From: Bugula neritina
Taxonomy: Eukaryota; Animalia; Bryozoa
NCBI GenBank assembly: GCA_964035545.1
Contig: OZ037771.1
Span: 5,923,190-5,987,189 of the forward strand
Direction of reading: 5' to 3'
DNA: 64,000 bases
Every line of letters begins with the position of its first letter. The first letter of the stretch is position 1. The position numbers and the translations under genes were made by a program. Positions 1 through 13,200 of the stretch are shown here, piece after piece. The notes beneath the pieces are model-generated. The model saw only the letters and a program-made list of their open reading frames with translations, was not told the DNA's origin and did no database searches.

Positions 1-32
1 CATGTTCTCCGTGTAACTTTTATTTTTTTTAG

Positions 33-159
33 AAAAATTCAAAGAATACCATCTTTTGAGCCAGTAGTTGAGAAATTACACCAGCAGCAAAAAGGTAGAA
101 TTGCCAATCATTTTCAAAAAGTAAAGGCTGCAGCTATGAAGAAGATCCCAGGCCATTGA
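33..159 (+). CDS. Candidate terminal coding exon of an unidentified upstream gene
   Basis: A strong polypyrimidine acceptor (ttttattttttttag, ending at 32) is followed by an open frame KIQRIPSFEPVVEKLHQQQKGRIANHFQKVKAAAMKKIPGH and TGA at 157-159. No family recognised; the rest would lie outside the window. Confidence 0.4.
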
Positions 160-1238
160 TGAAAACTTCTATTATAGTTAAGGGGGTAAAGAAGACCCCC
201 ACCCACCATGCTACGATTACTAAAGCTATCATGCTATAATCAGGCTTTCTATGCTTATGTAAACATGGGTTGTCTTGCTATAAACTATCACAAGACCAGT
301 AGATTATGTATGGTGATCATAGTAGTTGTAACTGGAATACTGTGTTAGTTTGCAATGGTCTCTGGGTAATTAATAATTTGACCTCATTGCAAGGCCACTG
401 CTGGAGATTTAGGTTCACCATAATACTGATGTCAAATGTTAAACTTTCCACCACACTCTCTGGTATTTAATACAAATATAATATCATGTTTATAATATTA
501 TATTTATTACTGTTTTGCAGAATTAAAATTCTGATTTAATAATACTAGATTTTTTAACCCATTGAGCTCTTGAATATAATATGGGAACAATATTGCATGC
601 TTGGAAATTTGGACCTTCATTTAAATATTAAACCATAAAAGTTAATTTAAATTCTTTTTTAATAAATTTACAATGACAACCCAGACATTAGAGCTTCACT
701 CCAATTTCCAAGACCTAATTGAAGTTAAAAGAGATTTTAGTATTGATCGGTTATACTTTTTACGTGCAGCATAGTTATACCTACTCACGAGTTTTATAAA
801 GATTGCAGTGATCAATCCCAAAGCATCACTATATAGTTTTTTCAACAAGTTATAAATGAATGAACTAACTTTAGGCTGTCCAACTTATCATATTAATTAA
901 CCTACCAAGATTTTCTCCTAACAGTGTGCTAACTTCAGAGCCTACCTTGATGTTCCATCATTGAGCATTATTAATTTGCAGGCTTATGACGGAGTTGTCG
1001 TTTATCTGCGGTTTTGGAGAAGACAACTACGCATTTTCTTTCCTACAAAAATGATTTTCTCATTGGTTGTCCCAAGCGCGGTGTATTCTATTACTAAAAA
1101 ATCTTGTTGAATGGAGTGTGCACGTACTGGTAGTGATCATGCTGATGGTTGACTATCATCTAAATTAACCCCAGTCAATTAGTTTGCTTTGCAAGTTAAA
1201 GTTGAAGTGTTTTGCAACTCATTTCTAAAATCAATTTC

Positions 1239-4200
1239 ATGGAGACTCAAAGCTCCTCTAATAATATTGATGTTTTGAGAAGCGTCATAAACAGAAATCT
1301 CAAACTGGTAAGTTCAAGTAGTTTAACTCCAAGTTGAAGTTGTGCTATTGCTTATCAAATTCAATATGAATATGAGTATCACCATTAATTATCACTTAAA
1401 CTTGAAGTTAATATCATTATAGGTAATGGTATCAGTATCACTATCAGTATGAATGTAACTCAGTTGTACTGTAGTATAACTATAAAACAGAAGTATTACC
1501 AACACTAACACTTACAGTAACTCTAACAGTAACTGAGTATCATTTAACTTTTAAGACCTAAGGCCAGGGGTATCATTTTGATTTATGATTTGGTTTTATC
1601 CGTACAAGTATAACTATTAGTATCAGTATGAGTATCACCAACACTATGAATACGGTACTGGTGGTGACTCACTAGGACTATGAGTATGATAATCATAAAT
1701 GATAATGATAAGGATTATGATGATCATGGTGATGGTATAACCCACACTATCAAGTGACTCACTAGCTATATCAGTTATCACTATGACTATGACTAGTATT
1801 ATGCTCATTGGACTAACTTCTAAAGTACATTCCAGACACACCTACAACTCTCAGTGTGACATATGCAGTGAAATATTTATAAAATTGTTGTTATTTGTTA
1901 CTGTTTTTCATTTCAGCGTAATTATGAGAGTGCGCTGTATTGGGCTGATAAAGTGATGACATTATCTGCAGGTTAGTCTTCTCCAGATGCAGCACGTAGA
2001 GCTGCCATGTATATCTATAAATAGTCAAACCTTTCACAGCAGAACTATTTTATTGCTTTAGTTTGTATGTTATATTTATTCAACCCTTGCCCATACTTGC
2101 TCAGGTGTTTTCTCCACTAAAAATAATGTGATTAATACTTATTTATATTAAAAAATTAGAATTTGAGGCATTTTGTAAAAAATAATTATTAATATTTTGT
2201 CCTTGGCATCTTATCTCAAATAATTATTGGCTTAATGAAATATTATAATATAAAATGCTAAGAATAAGATTATTGTAAATGTTGCTTGAATTATGCATTA
2301 TAAACCTGTTTATTAACGAATTTATTAAAATTTCGTGTCCTAATGAAAAATTTATGGCAAATTGTTATTTTATCCTAATTTATAATGCATTGTATAATGG
2401 CAGTGTGTAATTTGATGTATTATTTCAATTTATAATGTAATGTATCCTACAATATATAATGTATAATATAATGTAGAATGTAGTTTATAATTTAATTTAT
2501 AATGTAATCTATACTGTAATGTATAATGAATAAATGTATATATTACAATGTATAATATAATGTAAAATATAATGTTTACTTCAATGTATAACACAATGTA
2601 TATTGTAATGTATGAAATATGATGAACGACCAGTTTGAATTCAAAAGAAAGTTGCCACCTGTGATTGTAAACCATCAACCACATACGTAAATGATTAACT
2701 TGTAGATAATGTGGAAGATGTGTTAGTATGTGCCAACTGTCTCTACCACACTGGCCAATATCACCGGGCTGTGGCTGTTGTCAAGAACAGAATAGATTTA
2801 AAAGTTAGTATAAAAAGGATGTTAAAAATTATGCGGAATTTTACAGTCTTGGCTTTTTATTTAGTCTACTTTCACTGCGGAAACTGGTAGCTACACCATA
2901 TTACACACTGTATTAATATGGTACCCTTACCTTACAGTTGTACATAGTGCACTTATTTTCACTCTCCATCGCTCAAAACTATTCTTTCTCAAGTTTGATT
3001 CTGTCCTGAATTCTCTCATGTTATTTGCAGACAAATGCGGAAGGAGTGCTTCTCATAGCCAACTGTTATGTAAGTTTAGCTCATTTCTACTCATTATTTC
3101 AACATGTTCATCATTGCTTTAGCCAAGCAGCTGCATACGTCACAGCTCTGAGGCGTTGTACATAAACAGGGGGAACAATCCTAACAGAGTATTTTGAGCA
3201 GAGCTCAACACTGCAGAGTTGAGATTAGTTTATTGTGTTTAAAATATGGTGCAGTGTTGCTGTTGTTGTCTAGTAGTGGGAATGTTTGTTCCTATTATCT
3301 GTACAGAGTCTTGTACACACAGCACATACCCTTGTGTAATACCAGTATACCCCCCCTCCCCCGCATAGTCTGGGAGTGCCTGCAGGGTTTTATAAAATGT
3401 GAGAGAAATAATTTACATAGAATCAGATGTTTTGCTCTTATCCACAAAATAATCTTCTGATTACTTTCTAGTAGCAAAAATTCTAATCTTTAGCAATATT
3501 TCATAGATCAGACAACTCCTTAAAAACTATTAAGTTTAGTTTGACAAGGTGATTCAATGCAACTAACCTGCTAAAACTCCAGTCTAAATATCTAAACCCT
3601 TTGTTGCCTGTGTATTAGTTCACTCTTACATAGTTTAGGTGCTAAAATGCTAGATATATTCAAAAAATTTACCATCTGTTTCTCATGCATCAAATGTTGA
3701 TAATAATTTTACGTAATAATATGAACAGACATGGTCTTCTATGCCATGTACTTCAGAGTTGAATTATTTCCAATGGCACATTCTGGAAGCACAAAGCAGG
3801 TCATTAAAATGAAAGGCGCAATTTTTCTCTCAGCAAAAAAATTGGATTTGAGATTAATATTAACCAAGTTATAACTTTACCTACTCTACAGCTTATATTT
3901 ATACTCATGATAAGGAGTCATCAAATGTTTGTTTCAAGTGTGTAATTTATATCATATTAAATATGTTCTCATATATTTGTACAAGTTTAGTGGTACAAAC
4001 CTCTCTCTACACTGTGTGTGGCCACCTATGCTACTTTGTATAAATTGTCAAGGTTTATAAACTGGATAGAAGTAGGTGCTGTAGGAAAATTGTAGGACAA
4101 AATTAATTTCAATCCAAGCCAGCATCAACAACCACAAGGCTGAGCATTATGTTTAAAAATTCCAACTTATAATAATATGTTATAGCAAATTCTAATTTTC

Positions 4201-7200
4201 AGTTAAGGTCAGCATCACTCAGTCATGTGACTCTGCTTTATCATAGCTTCAGCAATAAGAATTTGCTGCTAAACCAGCTTTACTAGTATAATTAATACTC
4301 CTGTTGTTATAATTATAAGCTAGCGATTATTGATTATTAGTCATTGGTTAATTAATAGTTATTGGTGATTATTGATTACTTGCCAGGTACATTTTAAAAA
4401 TTAGTACATCTAGCAAAGTATTTATAGTGTTGGGTTTTATGCTTATTTAGGAGTTGTACTCTCTGTAATTCGTGAGTTTTTTTTATAGCAAATTAACATT
4501 GTATCTGAAGGCATCTTGAAGATTTCAATTCAGAAAGTGTCACTTAGTGTGATTTAACAACTGAAATGTTAACCACTAATGCTGACTGCATTTGAATTTC
4601 TTTACATCAGCATGACTACTCCCTTTACACCAGGAGGGATAAATTCAATGTCAGAGATAAGATAACTGCTTATAAATACTTATTTATTATCATTTCATAA
4701 ATAGTTAACTCTGGAATGTCACTTTTACCTAGCAATTTTCTTCTCAAATTATATACAATAATATATTATTGAGCAAATGTTTTTTCATCAATAAAATAAT
4801 ATAATATATAATTAAATTTCTCAAAATATAGAAGTGGCAGGTAATAGAATTGGTAATTATTAAATTGTTTCTTCAGCTGTTTTGTTCTTTCAGAGTTGCT
4901 CAGAGATATAGGTTTAGTATAGGCGGATATAGTATAACATCTAGGGCTAATACTTGACCAACGTTTTATAGTTTCAATAGAGATTCAGCCAATTCCACTC
5001 GGACTAAGTTTTTCATTGACTAGCATTTTATACTTTTTTAAATATTGACTAACAAAACATTTAGAAAAAATGCACACAAATAATTAGAATAGACATCTTG
5101 TAAAAATTGAATAGCTTCTTCTTGTGGGCTAAGCTATGGCAGCCTCTCTTCTAGTTTGCTTTCTGCAGTCGGTTCAGGTAAATAAATTGACTTGGTTTCT
5201 CCTTGTAGCTTTTCACCTCCATTTGAATAAAACTTACCATTTTCTGGGTCTATATTGTTTTGATTAGTATTCAAATCCTTCTTCTAAAATGCATGTGAAT
5301 ATTATTATCACAACAAGCTTATCGCAACCTTTCAAATGATTTCAAATTTTATACTTTAACTTGAATTAACATCTTTTTCATGGCTTTTAATGGTAAAACA
5401 TCGCAACTATGGTTATTGTTACTAGTTCATTAGTAAATAGGATGAAGGTTTTAAATTGCCAAATTGCAGGAAATTCTATTGTATTGATGATGTAACCTTG
5501 TGATAGGTTCTGATCGGCTTGTTGATAGTTTCCTTCTTATCAATATTTGACTGATGACTGATTAATATCAGTCATTAGTCAAATATCAGACACTAGATAT
5601 ACTGTTTGATAAATTACAAAAAAGCAAAGCCAATGTTGATGGAAGTGGAAGCAATTTAAAAAAGTTGACTGTAAGCTGGGTAACTAATAACCAGGTTAAT
5701 ATTACCTAGAGTCCCTATTATGGTTGTTGGTACTAAATTAATTGTATTGTTGAGCTGTAGAATTTTGTACTTCCTTATGACGGCTATTAGTGTTAGATTA
5801 GTATAAATTGACCACTTTCTGTTAAGAATTAAGAACCGATGAGTGATTCTTCTCCTTATCCATCGATGTGCGAAAAGAGGCATCTATACGTACCTTTTTA
5901 CTTTCTAAATATTTAGCATGTGTGTAGACTAGTCCACCAGAGAGATTTATGGTGACTCCAGCTATTAGGGCTGGGTTGAACTGCACTCCTCCAAACGTGA
6001 ACATTCCTATAGTAGTTTGCACCACCGACTTCAAAGTCCCCACTACACTTGTCGTTAGAGCAGAATTGTTGCTACAAATATTCATAAAATAATTAACTTG
6101 TGTACATGAAATTATGAATTGTAAAGGTCTGATACATTTCATTGAAAACAATGGTTTTGGCCGTCACTTTTTGGTGTCCGAAAACTTCAAGACTTGCTGT
6201 AAAATAATTTGTTCCTCATCATTGTCTAATACGTAAATTTTTTTCAGCAAAAGACAGTCTCTGTTAAAACTATTTAAATGTATTTTTCAGAATTCATTTA
6301 TCACTGTATTGTCTCGTGCTAACAGCAACAGTCTACTCACTGATAGGTCTTATGAATAGTGAGTTGTTGGCCGCTACACTATGAATTGTTGCTCACATAG
6401 TTATATTAATGTAATAAACAACCCATACCTTTATATCACTTGTTAATAGCGTTATGGTACCTAGCTTAAAGTGGATGAGGTTTCTACTCAGCCTTAAATT
6501 TTATTGCTTAGTGATAAAAATCATAAAAAAATCTCAAGTTTTAAAAAGATAAACCAAAGCAATCCATTTTTGAAAACAGCTGAAATCCATTGATCATAGC
6601 AACTGGAGGAGAGTAAATCCAACTTACAACTTTAATAGTGATCCTTTAGACTTTAGAACTAATGGGATTACAAGATTTAATACTTTTTAGATCCACTAAT
6701 CCCTACTAGTTTAGCTCATTACAGCCTCTGTAGTGCGTGTAGTTCCTAGCACCCGCATTTCAAAAATTTTAACCAGCGTTGGACTAGCACTTTTTTACAA
6801 TTATAGTCGGTAGGTTTAAGTCTTTTTTGTGTATTTAGACAGTTACAAGACTAGTGTAACTAATTCAAATCTAGGTTTAGAAATCAAAGTGCATGTTTAC
6901 CTGTTACAAAGAAATAGCGTAAAGTTGAGAAAGGAGCCCATGAGGAATAGCGAAGAAGATGCAATAAGAAATGAGATCTCTGAATATCTGTTATATTGGA
7001 GGACATTTCTGTATTCTCCACTTAGTCCAGCTATGAGGAACAATACTGGAAAGCTCAATATACTACAAATCATATAGATTGTATCATTTTAAACAAAAAT
7101 AACCAAATATCTAAATAATATGACCCTTTTATTTAAAAAAAATGATTGTATCTTAGTCTTTCAAATTTTAACTTTACTTGTTTCTGCAAGCCAGCTGATT

Positions 7201-10200
7201 AAAAATGCATTGTTTATATTTAGAGCTTGGAGTGCAATTAGCACTGCTCATTTTAAAAACAATATCATTTAAAAAGAAATAATTCGAGACTCTAAAATTG
7301 TACGTAGCTTTAAAAAGAGCAGCATTACGGTAATGTTCTTAAGCAGCTCAGATCTTTTTTCTTTAGTCAACAAAAATGCCGGACTTTCTACAATCTACAG
7401 TGTCAACTACAGTTTGATGGAAACATATATTTCTTAGCTTCTTTAGTATAAATATGGAGTTTTTACTCACCTATTCATATACAAGGTATCGGAAGTTGAG
7501 AATGTGTCTGTTAGTTTTTGTAACAATATAAGATATGTGGACTGGGAGATGACACTTCCAAAACCTGGATTGAAAAAATGAACATTATCTGGTATTATCT
7601 AATTGAGGTAATTACTCTCATACATATAATAATACCTTTCTATATCCTAAAACATTTAGATTTAAATTATGATTATGATGCTGAATAATTTTTCTATGAG
7701 GCTAAAATGACTTTGATTGCAGCGATAATGCAATTGTTTTAAATTGTTGGATGGCTGGTGAGACAATTAGAGTTGAAAAAAACTTTGGTAAACATAACTC
7801 AGGTTTAATATTCATGGTAGAAGTATGGTAGGGGTATTATTTGTTTTAAAAAATTTTAAATGGTAATGGCTTTCAGTTTAGCTAATTTCAGAGCAGCATT
7901 TGCTTAGTCAATTTTTGTTATTACTTCCAAAGCTGTGTCAAATCTTCAGATTTTATTTACTTACCAAAAATGTAGGCCTCTACGTCGAAAGTAATATCAC
8001 CATTAGCAGCTATTATGCAGCCCACCGACATCATTAAGACACCTATAATCACGTATCTGCCAGGAAAACCCTTCTTTAGGATCAGAGATGCTAGCAGCAT
8101 GGTCATGAGTGGACCATTTCTTTTCACTACACTAGAAAAATGCAACAATTCAGGTTAGCAAAGCTTTTGCCATTCATGACTAAAACTGCAAAACATTGAC
8201 TACAGAAAAATATCTTTCTTTTACTTACTTATCTTGTTTCACAACATTTTTATATTTGGAAATGATTAATGAGATGATTTAGTTTAAACTTTAGACTGTA
8301 ATATCACTATTATTTTGGCTAAGGCCATAAATATATCAACTTCCACTTTTATTCGCTGGAAATTCCAAGGCAAACATTTTTATGTGGCTACCGTAATGTT
8401 GAAATAGTTATTTTGCTTCTCACCTATACATTGTGAGATTCATCTGCCCCAGTGCAGCCAATGAAAGCACTCCATTTAATGAGTAAAAGAAACATGGTCC
8501 TAAAAATGCCTGTAAACTTTTCTTGCTGGTTGGGGATAATTTGATGTATTTGAAGTAGTCTAGAGTGCGAACTGTAAACAAGAAAGAGGAGTGAGAGGGT
8601 GATAAAGGAGGACTTAACTATAACAGCTAGTTTTAACAACTGGTTTGAACTTACGTGCTATAAAAGTCACAGCCATCTGTATTGTCATTATTGTCAATGG
8701 GTAATTGAATTTATATACATCTATCACTATTTTGTTGAGGAAGGCCATAGAAGTAGAGGTGATGCCATACAACAATGCTGAGCCTACGCTGGCTGCCATT
8801 AACGTCACTGTATTGGTGTACCTGCTGATACTACTGCACATAGTGGACTGTGTCCTGGTACAGTTTACTCTGTTCTTAAATCTGCTGACACTTTCTCAGG
8901 GCTGCTGACTGTTCTGTCAGGTCTACTGACACTTTATCACGGGATCCTTTTGTGAATGTGAAAATGTTGATTCTCTTGTCAACTGTTTGAATTTGGGAGG
9001 TTGAGGATTTGCCGCAAGTACTTTAGATCTACTATGTGAGAGGAGAGTCGGCTATCCCTGGACCACTTTGTTAGCTAAAATGCATTGAAATAATGATGAA
9101 AAAAGAGGCAAAAATAACACAGAACTAATGCATTGGGTTAGAATTTTGGTAGATGTGACCCACTACCATATTTACCAACATAACCCACCTAGTTTTAAGA
9201 TGGAAACAGCACCTAGCTTAAGAAAAAAATCAGTGTTGAACTGTACTTAGATGCGTGATTTTGCATCCTACATACTGGTGCACCATTTCATCAAGTTGGT
9301 TTAGTATGGTCTGATTTTTGCAGGTCTAGAAAGGAACAGTGTTCGCCTGTACCTGGTGTTCTCAGTACTAATACTGATTGATAATGACAATATTAAATGA
9401 GGCAAAATATTATATATATAATAACTGGAACTATGCTACTTAATTTAGTGTAACCATTTCCCAATTCTCTTGAAACATGTGGAAATATTTAAAAAAAGAA
9501 TCATTAATGAGATTGACTTTCAAAAATATGTGAGCCTGAACTCATTATTTGACTGGCATAGCAAATGGCTGAAGTTTCCTTTAATGCTATTTAATCTCTA
9601 CCAACCAAGACTTTTATTTACTTCTTGCCAACTCTCTCTCCCCAATGATGGGAGAGTTTTAAATAAAGCCCAGAATGAGATACCTCCCAAGTTTATGGAA
9701 TCTTGCAACAACAATTTTATACACCAACTCTAACAAAATAGTATTTCTTAACGAGAAGGTGTAGAAAATTCAATAATGAAAGTTTGTGGCTTGATATGAA
9801 ACATAAGATTAGAACATTTGGTTACCCAGTTCTGCAATGTTGGAGGAGGTTGGTTGTGATCTGTATAGCCCACAACGGCGTTTTATAAAGATAAGCCTCA
9901 ACTTATTGATGTACAAATCAATTCAAGCAAAACATTTTGTCAAGCAGTTTCCCAACTTCCAGGTAAAAAGTTTTACCTAACTGCTCAAAAAAGTACCATT
10001 ACATTCCTATAACATTATCATTGGATAAAATACTTCTGTAGAATGGTTAAGTTGATACTGGTTGGTGTGAAGTCTTTTAGGTATGCACTTGTATAGCTTA
10101 CCTTGCCAGCATACAACCACCGGTTTTCCAGATTGTAAACCTTTTGTAACTGGTTAAGGAGTATGCACAGAGTGGCTCTTTAGGTAGCCCTTATTAATCT

Positions 10201-13200
10201 TAAGTCGGTCCCAAGTTGATTTACATGAATGATAGGAGCATAGTATACTAGGCAATGTAAAATGTAAGTAAGGCAGTGTAAGTACTAAACTTTAGATTTA
10301 CATCACAAAATCCTCAATAGTAAAAATCCAAGTTTTTTGTACTTCCTATTGGGCTGAACTGATTAGAACCTGTTAGGACATCCACATTGCAACGTAGGTA
10401 CTAATATTACGCATCTAGAACTTTCCTTTAGTTATCACAGCTTCCTATGCTTTACTTTGTATATAAAGTTTTCTCCTATCTACTTTAAGCTTGTTGTATA
10501 TCTAAGTTGTTTTTTCCCATCTATCTTTTATTAGTATTGTGATAGCATACGCAGCTATTTGCTGTAAAGTTGTATATAAGCAAGGCAATATTTCTTTTAT
10601 GTCAGAGTAATTTACTAGAGTGGTTTCCAGAAAAGTTGGTAGTAGTTAACAGCTGTGGTTCAGTGTTAATGCATTCATTGATTCAATCTTGAAATGAAAG
10701 GTTGAAGAGCACAACGGCACCTTTGTTTGATTCAGACACTATAAAGTATAACCCTAAATTAGATTTCCTAAAATCCTCATTTTATTGTAATTATCTTTTG
10801 TCTCCAGTATAGTAACACTACCCATACGAGATCACCCCATTTATCCCAGGAAGAAGTTTTATTTCTACCACTTACACGTGCGAGCTGCTTCACCCAAATG
10901 CCAAGCGTAGAAATAATTTAACATCCAGCAGATACACTATTTGTAACATTAGCTAAAATGAATATCTCCGACTTCAGTATAAAAGCTGTCAGAGTAATTA
11001 TCACTAGTAGCTTTCAATGGCTTATTTATATGTTAGTTCAACATCTTGTAAATCCATAGTTATTGTTACTTCATTATTAGTAACCAATGTAAACGCACAA
11101 TATTATAACACTATTCAAATTTACTTGCTACATCGTATACTTAGGCACGCAGTTTTACTCACCGACCCCATACTAGTAACTAACCACACCACGCCATTAG
11201 ATTAATAAAATATTACTACGGAGTACCATAGTTACCTTGTCGATCGCGATGGTCCACGTTGTAAATAATTATATCTTTTAATGATTCACTACTCAGTGTA
11301 ACTGGATACTCAGTCAACTAGGCGTGTACTAGTGTATTACTCAGTGCGTCACGCCTACTATTACTAGTTACGTTTTAATCCTACTAACCAATACGCAATC
11401 AATAGGCTTTTGACCGGGTACTGTCAAAACACCCGCGGCATTGCTAGCAGGGGCGGATCGCATTCATTTACTGAATATCGATTTATTTAAACGTGCCATT
11501 ATTAAATATTACTCGCGGTACATTATGTAATGCTGCTTCTACGTTGGCACCAAAGCCTAGTCTTTTCACTACATACTCTAGTTGGTTGCCAAGGAAAGTT
11601 ATGCACAATAATTAAGATTTGTTGTTAAAAAATAAGTTGAAATAGTTCTTAGATTTTTTCAATCACAGTAGAAGGTAGATCGAGTATAAAGGGACTAATT
11701 TTTCACTGTGTGTTGAGTAACATTCACGTAATTATACCGCTACTTGGTAATAACCCATCCCCTTGAAATCCATTGTCTGTATACACTCCCTACAATATAG
11801 AACTCCGCCAAGAAGCCACTGTAACCTTGCGGCCAGCCACTTTACTGAGCCGTTGCCACAACTGAAGCGTGAGTGACCAGTAAACATTGGCTAAAATTGT
11901 AACACAAATCATGTCTGGTGAAGGTACAGTCTGCTAAACAAACTAGGGTAATTCATTTGGAGTGAAAAGCTGTTTCCATTTCTCATTAAATAAGTGCGCA
12001 ACTGACTAGTATTGCTAGAAGCAGCACGGAGTTGGGGGTGACTGAGAACAGTATAATATTTTATAAACTCCAAACCCCAAAATCGCTACACTCAGTGACT
12101 GCCCTCCTTCAAGTGATTTCCACAACTTCCGGTCTGCGCTTCTTATAGCTAACACCATGCTCCAGTAACGCGAATAACTTTGCTATCCAGTAACTAGAGG
12201 TTACAAATACATGCACGGTGCACCTGATTCAGCATGCTGCTACGTTCTGTTTGCAGTATGCCTGCGCTGACTATGAAAAGACTGCCTTAGTGCTGACTGA
12301 ATTCCTCACTCCTGCTGCCGGGACACTTCATCACAAGTCATCAACCCAGCAGTTCAACCCGAAGACCCCAACAGACAGTCACGTGAGGGTCTATATACTA
12401 CTTTCCATAATATCGTTGTTAAATTATAGGGTTTTCCTCTTTATGTAGAGTTGTCTCCTTTTTGTCTATTGAAAGTTATTACTCATGCATTCTCTCTCCC
12501 ACTCACCCCAGCATCTCTTGCTCATACAAATTGATTTTCTACTTATTTGGAGTTACTTTACCCAAAAAAAATTGACAATGCGAACGTTAAGCATTCTGAA
12601 AGCTGTTTAACTTGATGGAAAGGGTATTTCTCACCGTAACAGCTTTAGTCCTTTTCAGAAAACAAATTTCCTTAGTAGATATGAATGCTGTTACATAAAA
12701 TACTTAAATTGAATCTAGCTGGTTAGAAGTAAGTCAAGAGGTAACTCTTTTTCTCAATACCTTTGTGAGGAGACAACTTTGAATTTAAGCCAGGGTAAAA
12801 CAGAACATTTATTTTGTTTGACTGTGCTTGTGTCTATGTGTCAACCTTGTTACTGAAAAGTGTCATCATGTTTTAGATATTGAGTGCAATGCACTTGTTG
12901 CTGGGGAAGTCATACGAAGGAACTGGTAGCTATGATCTCTCAACTGAGCAGTTTCGTCAAGCTCTGGTATATGATGTCTATTGTCATGAGGCCTTTGATA
13001 AGATTATAGGCCATCACCTTCTTACTGCTTCACAGGGTAGCTGCCTTCTCACATTGTATTCTAGCTGATTGTTAGTGTTTAGTTTGAATCATGTAAGAGT
13101 GGAGGTATTTACTAATATGCTGTAGTAACATTTACTCCTAGTCACAGCTCTGTACATATTGTAGCAAGGATTGTAAATACATATCATTTATACAGTAATA

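Noticed and set aside
1340-2684. Hydrophobic ORFs 1644-1841 and 2430-2684
   Set aside because: Low-complexity degenerate microsatellite DNA in CDC16 introns.
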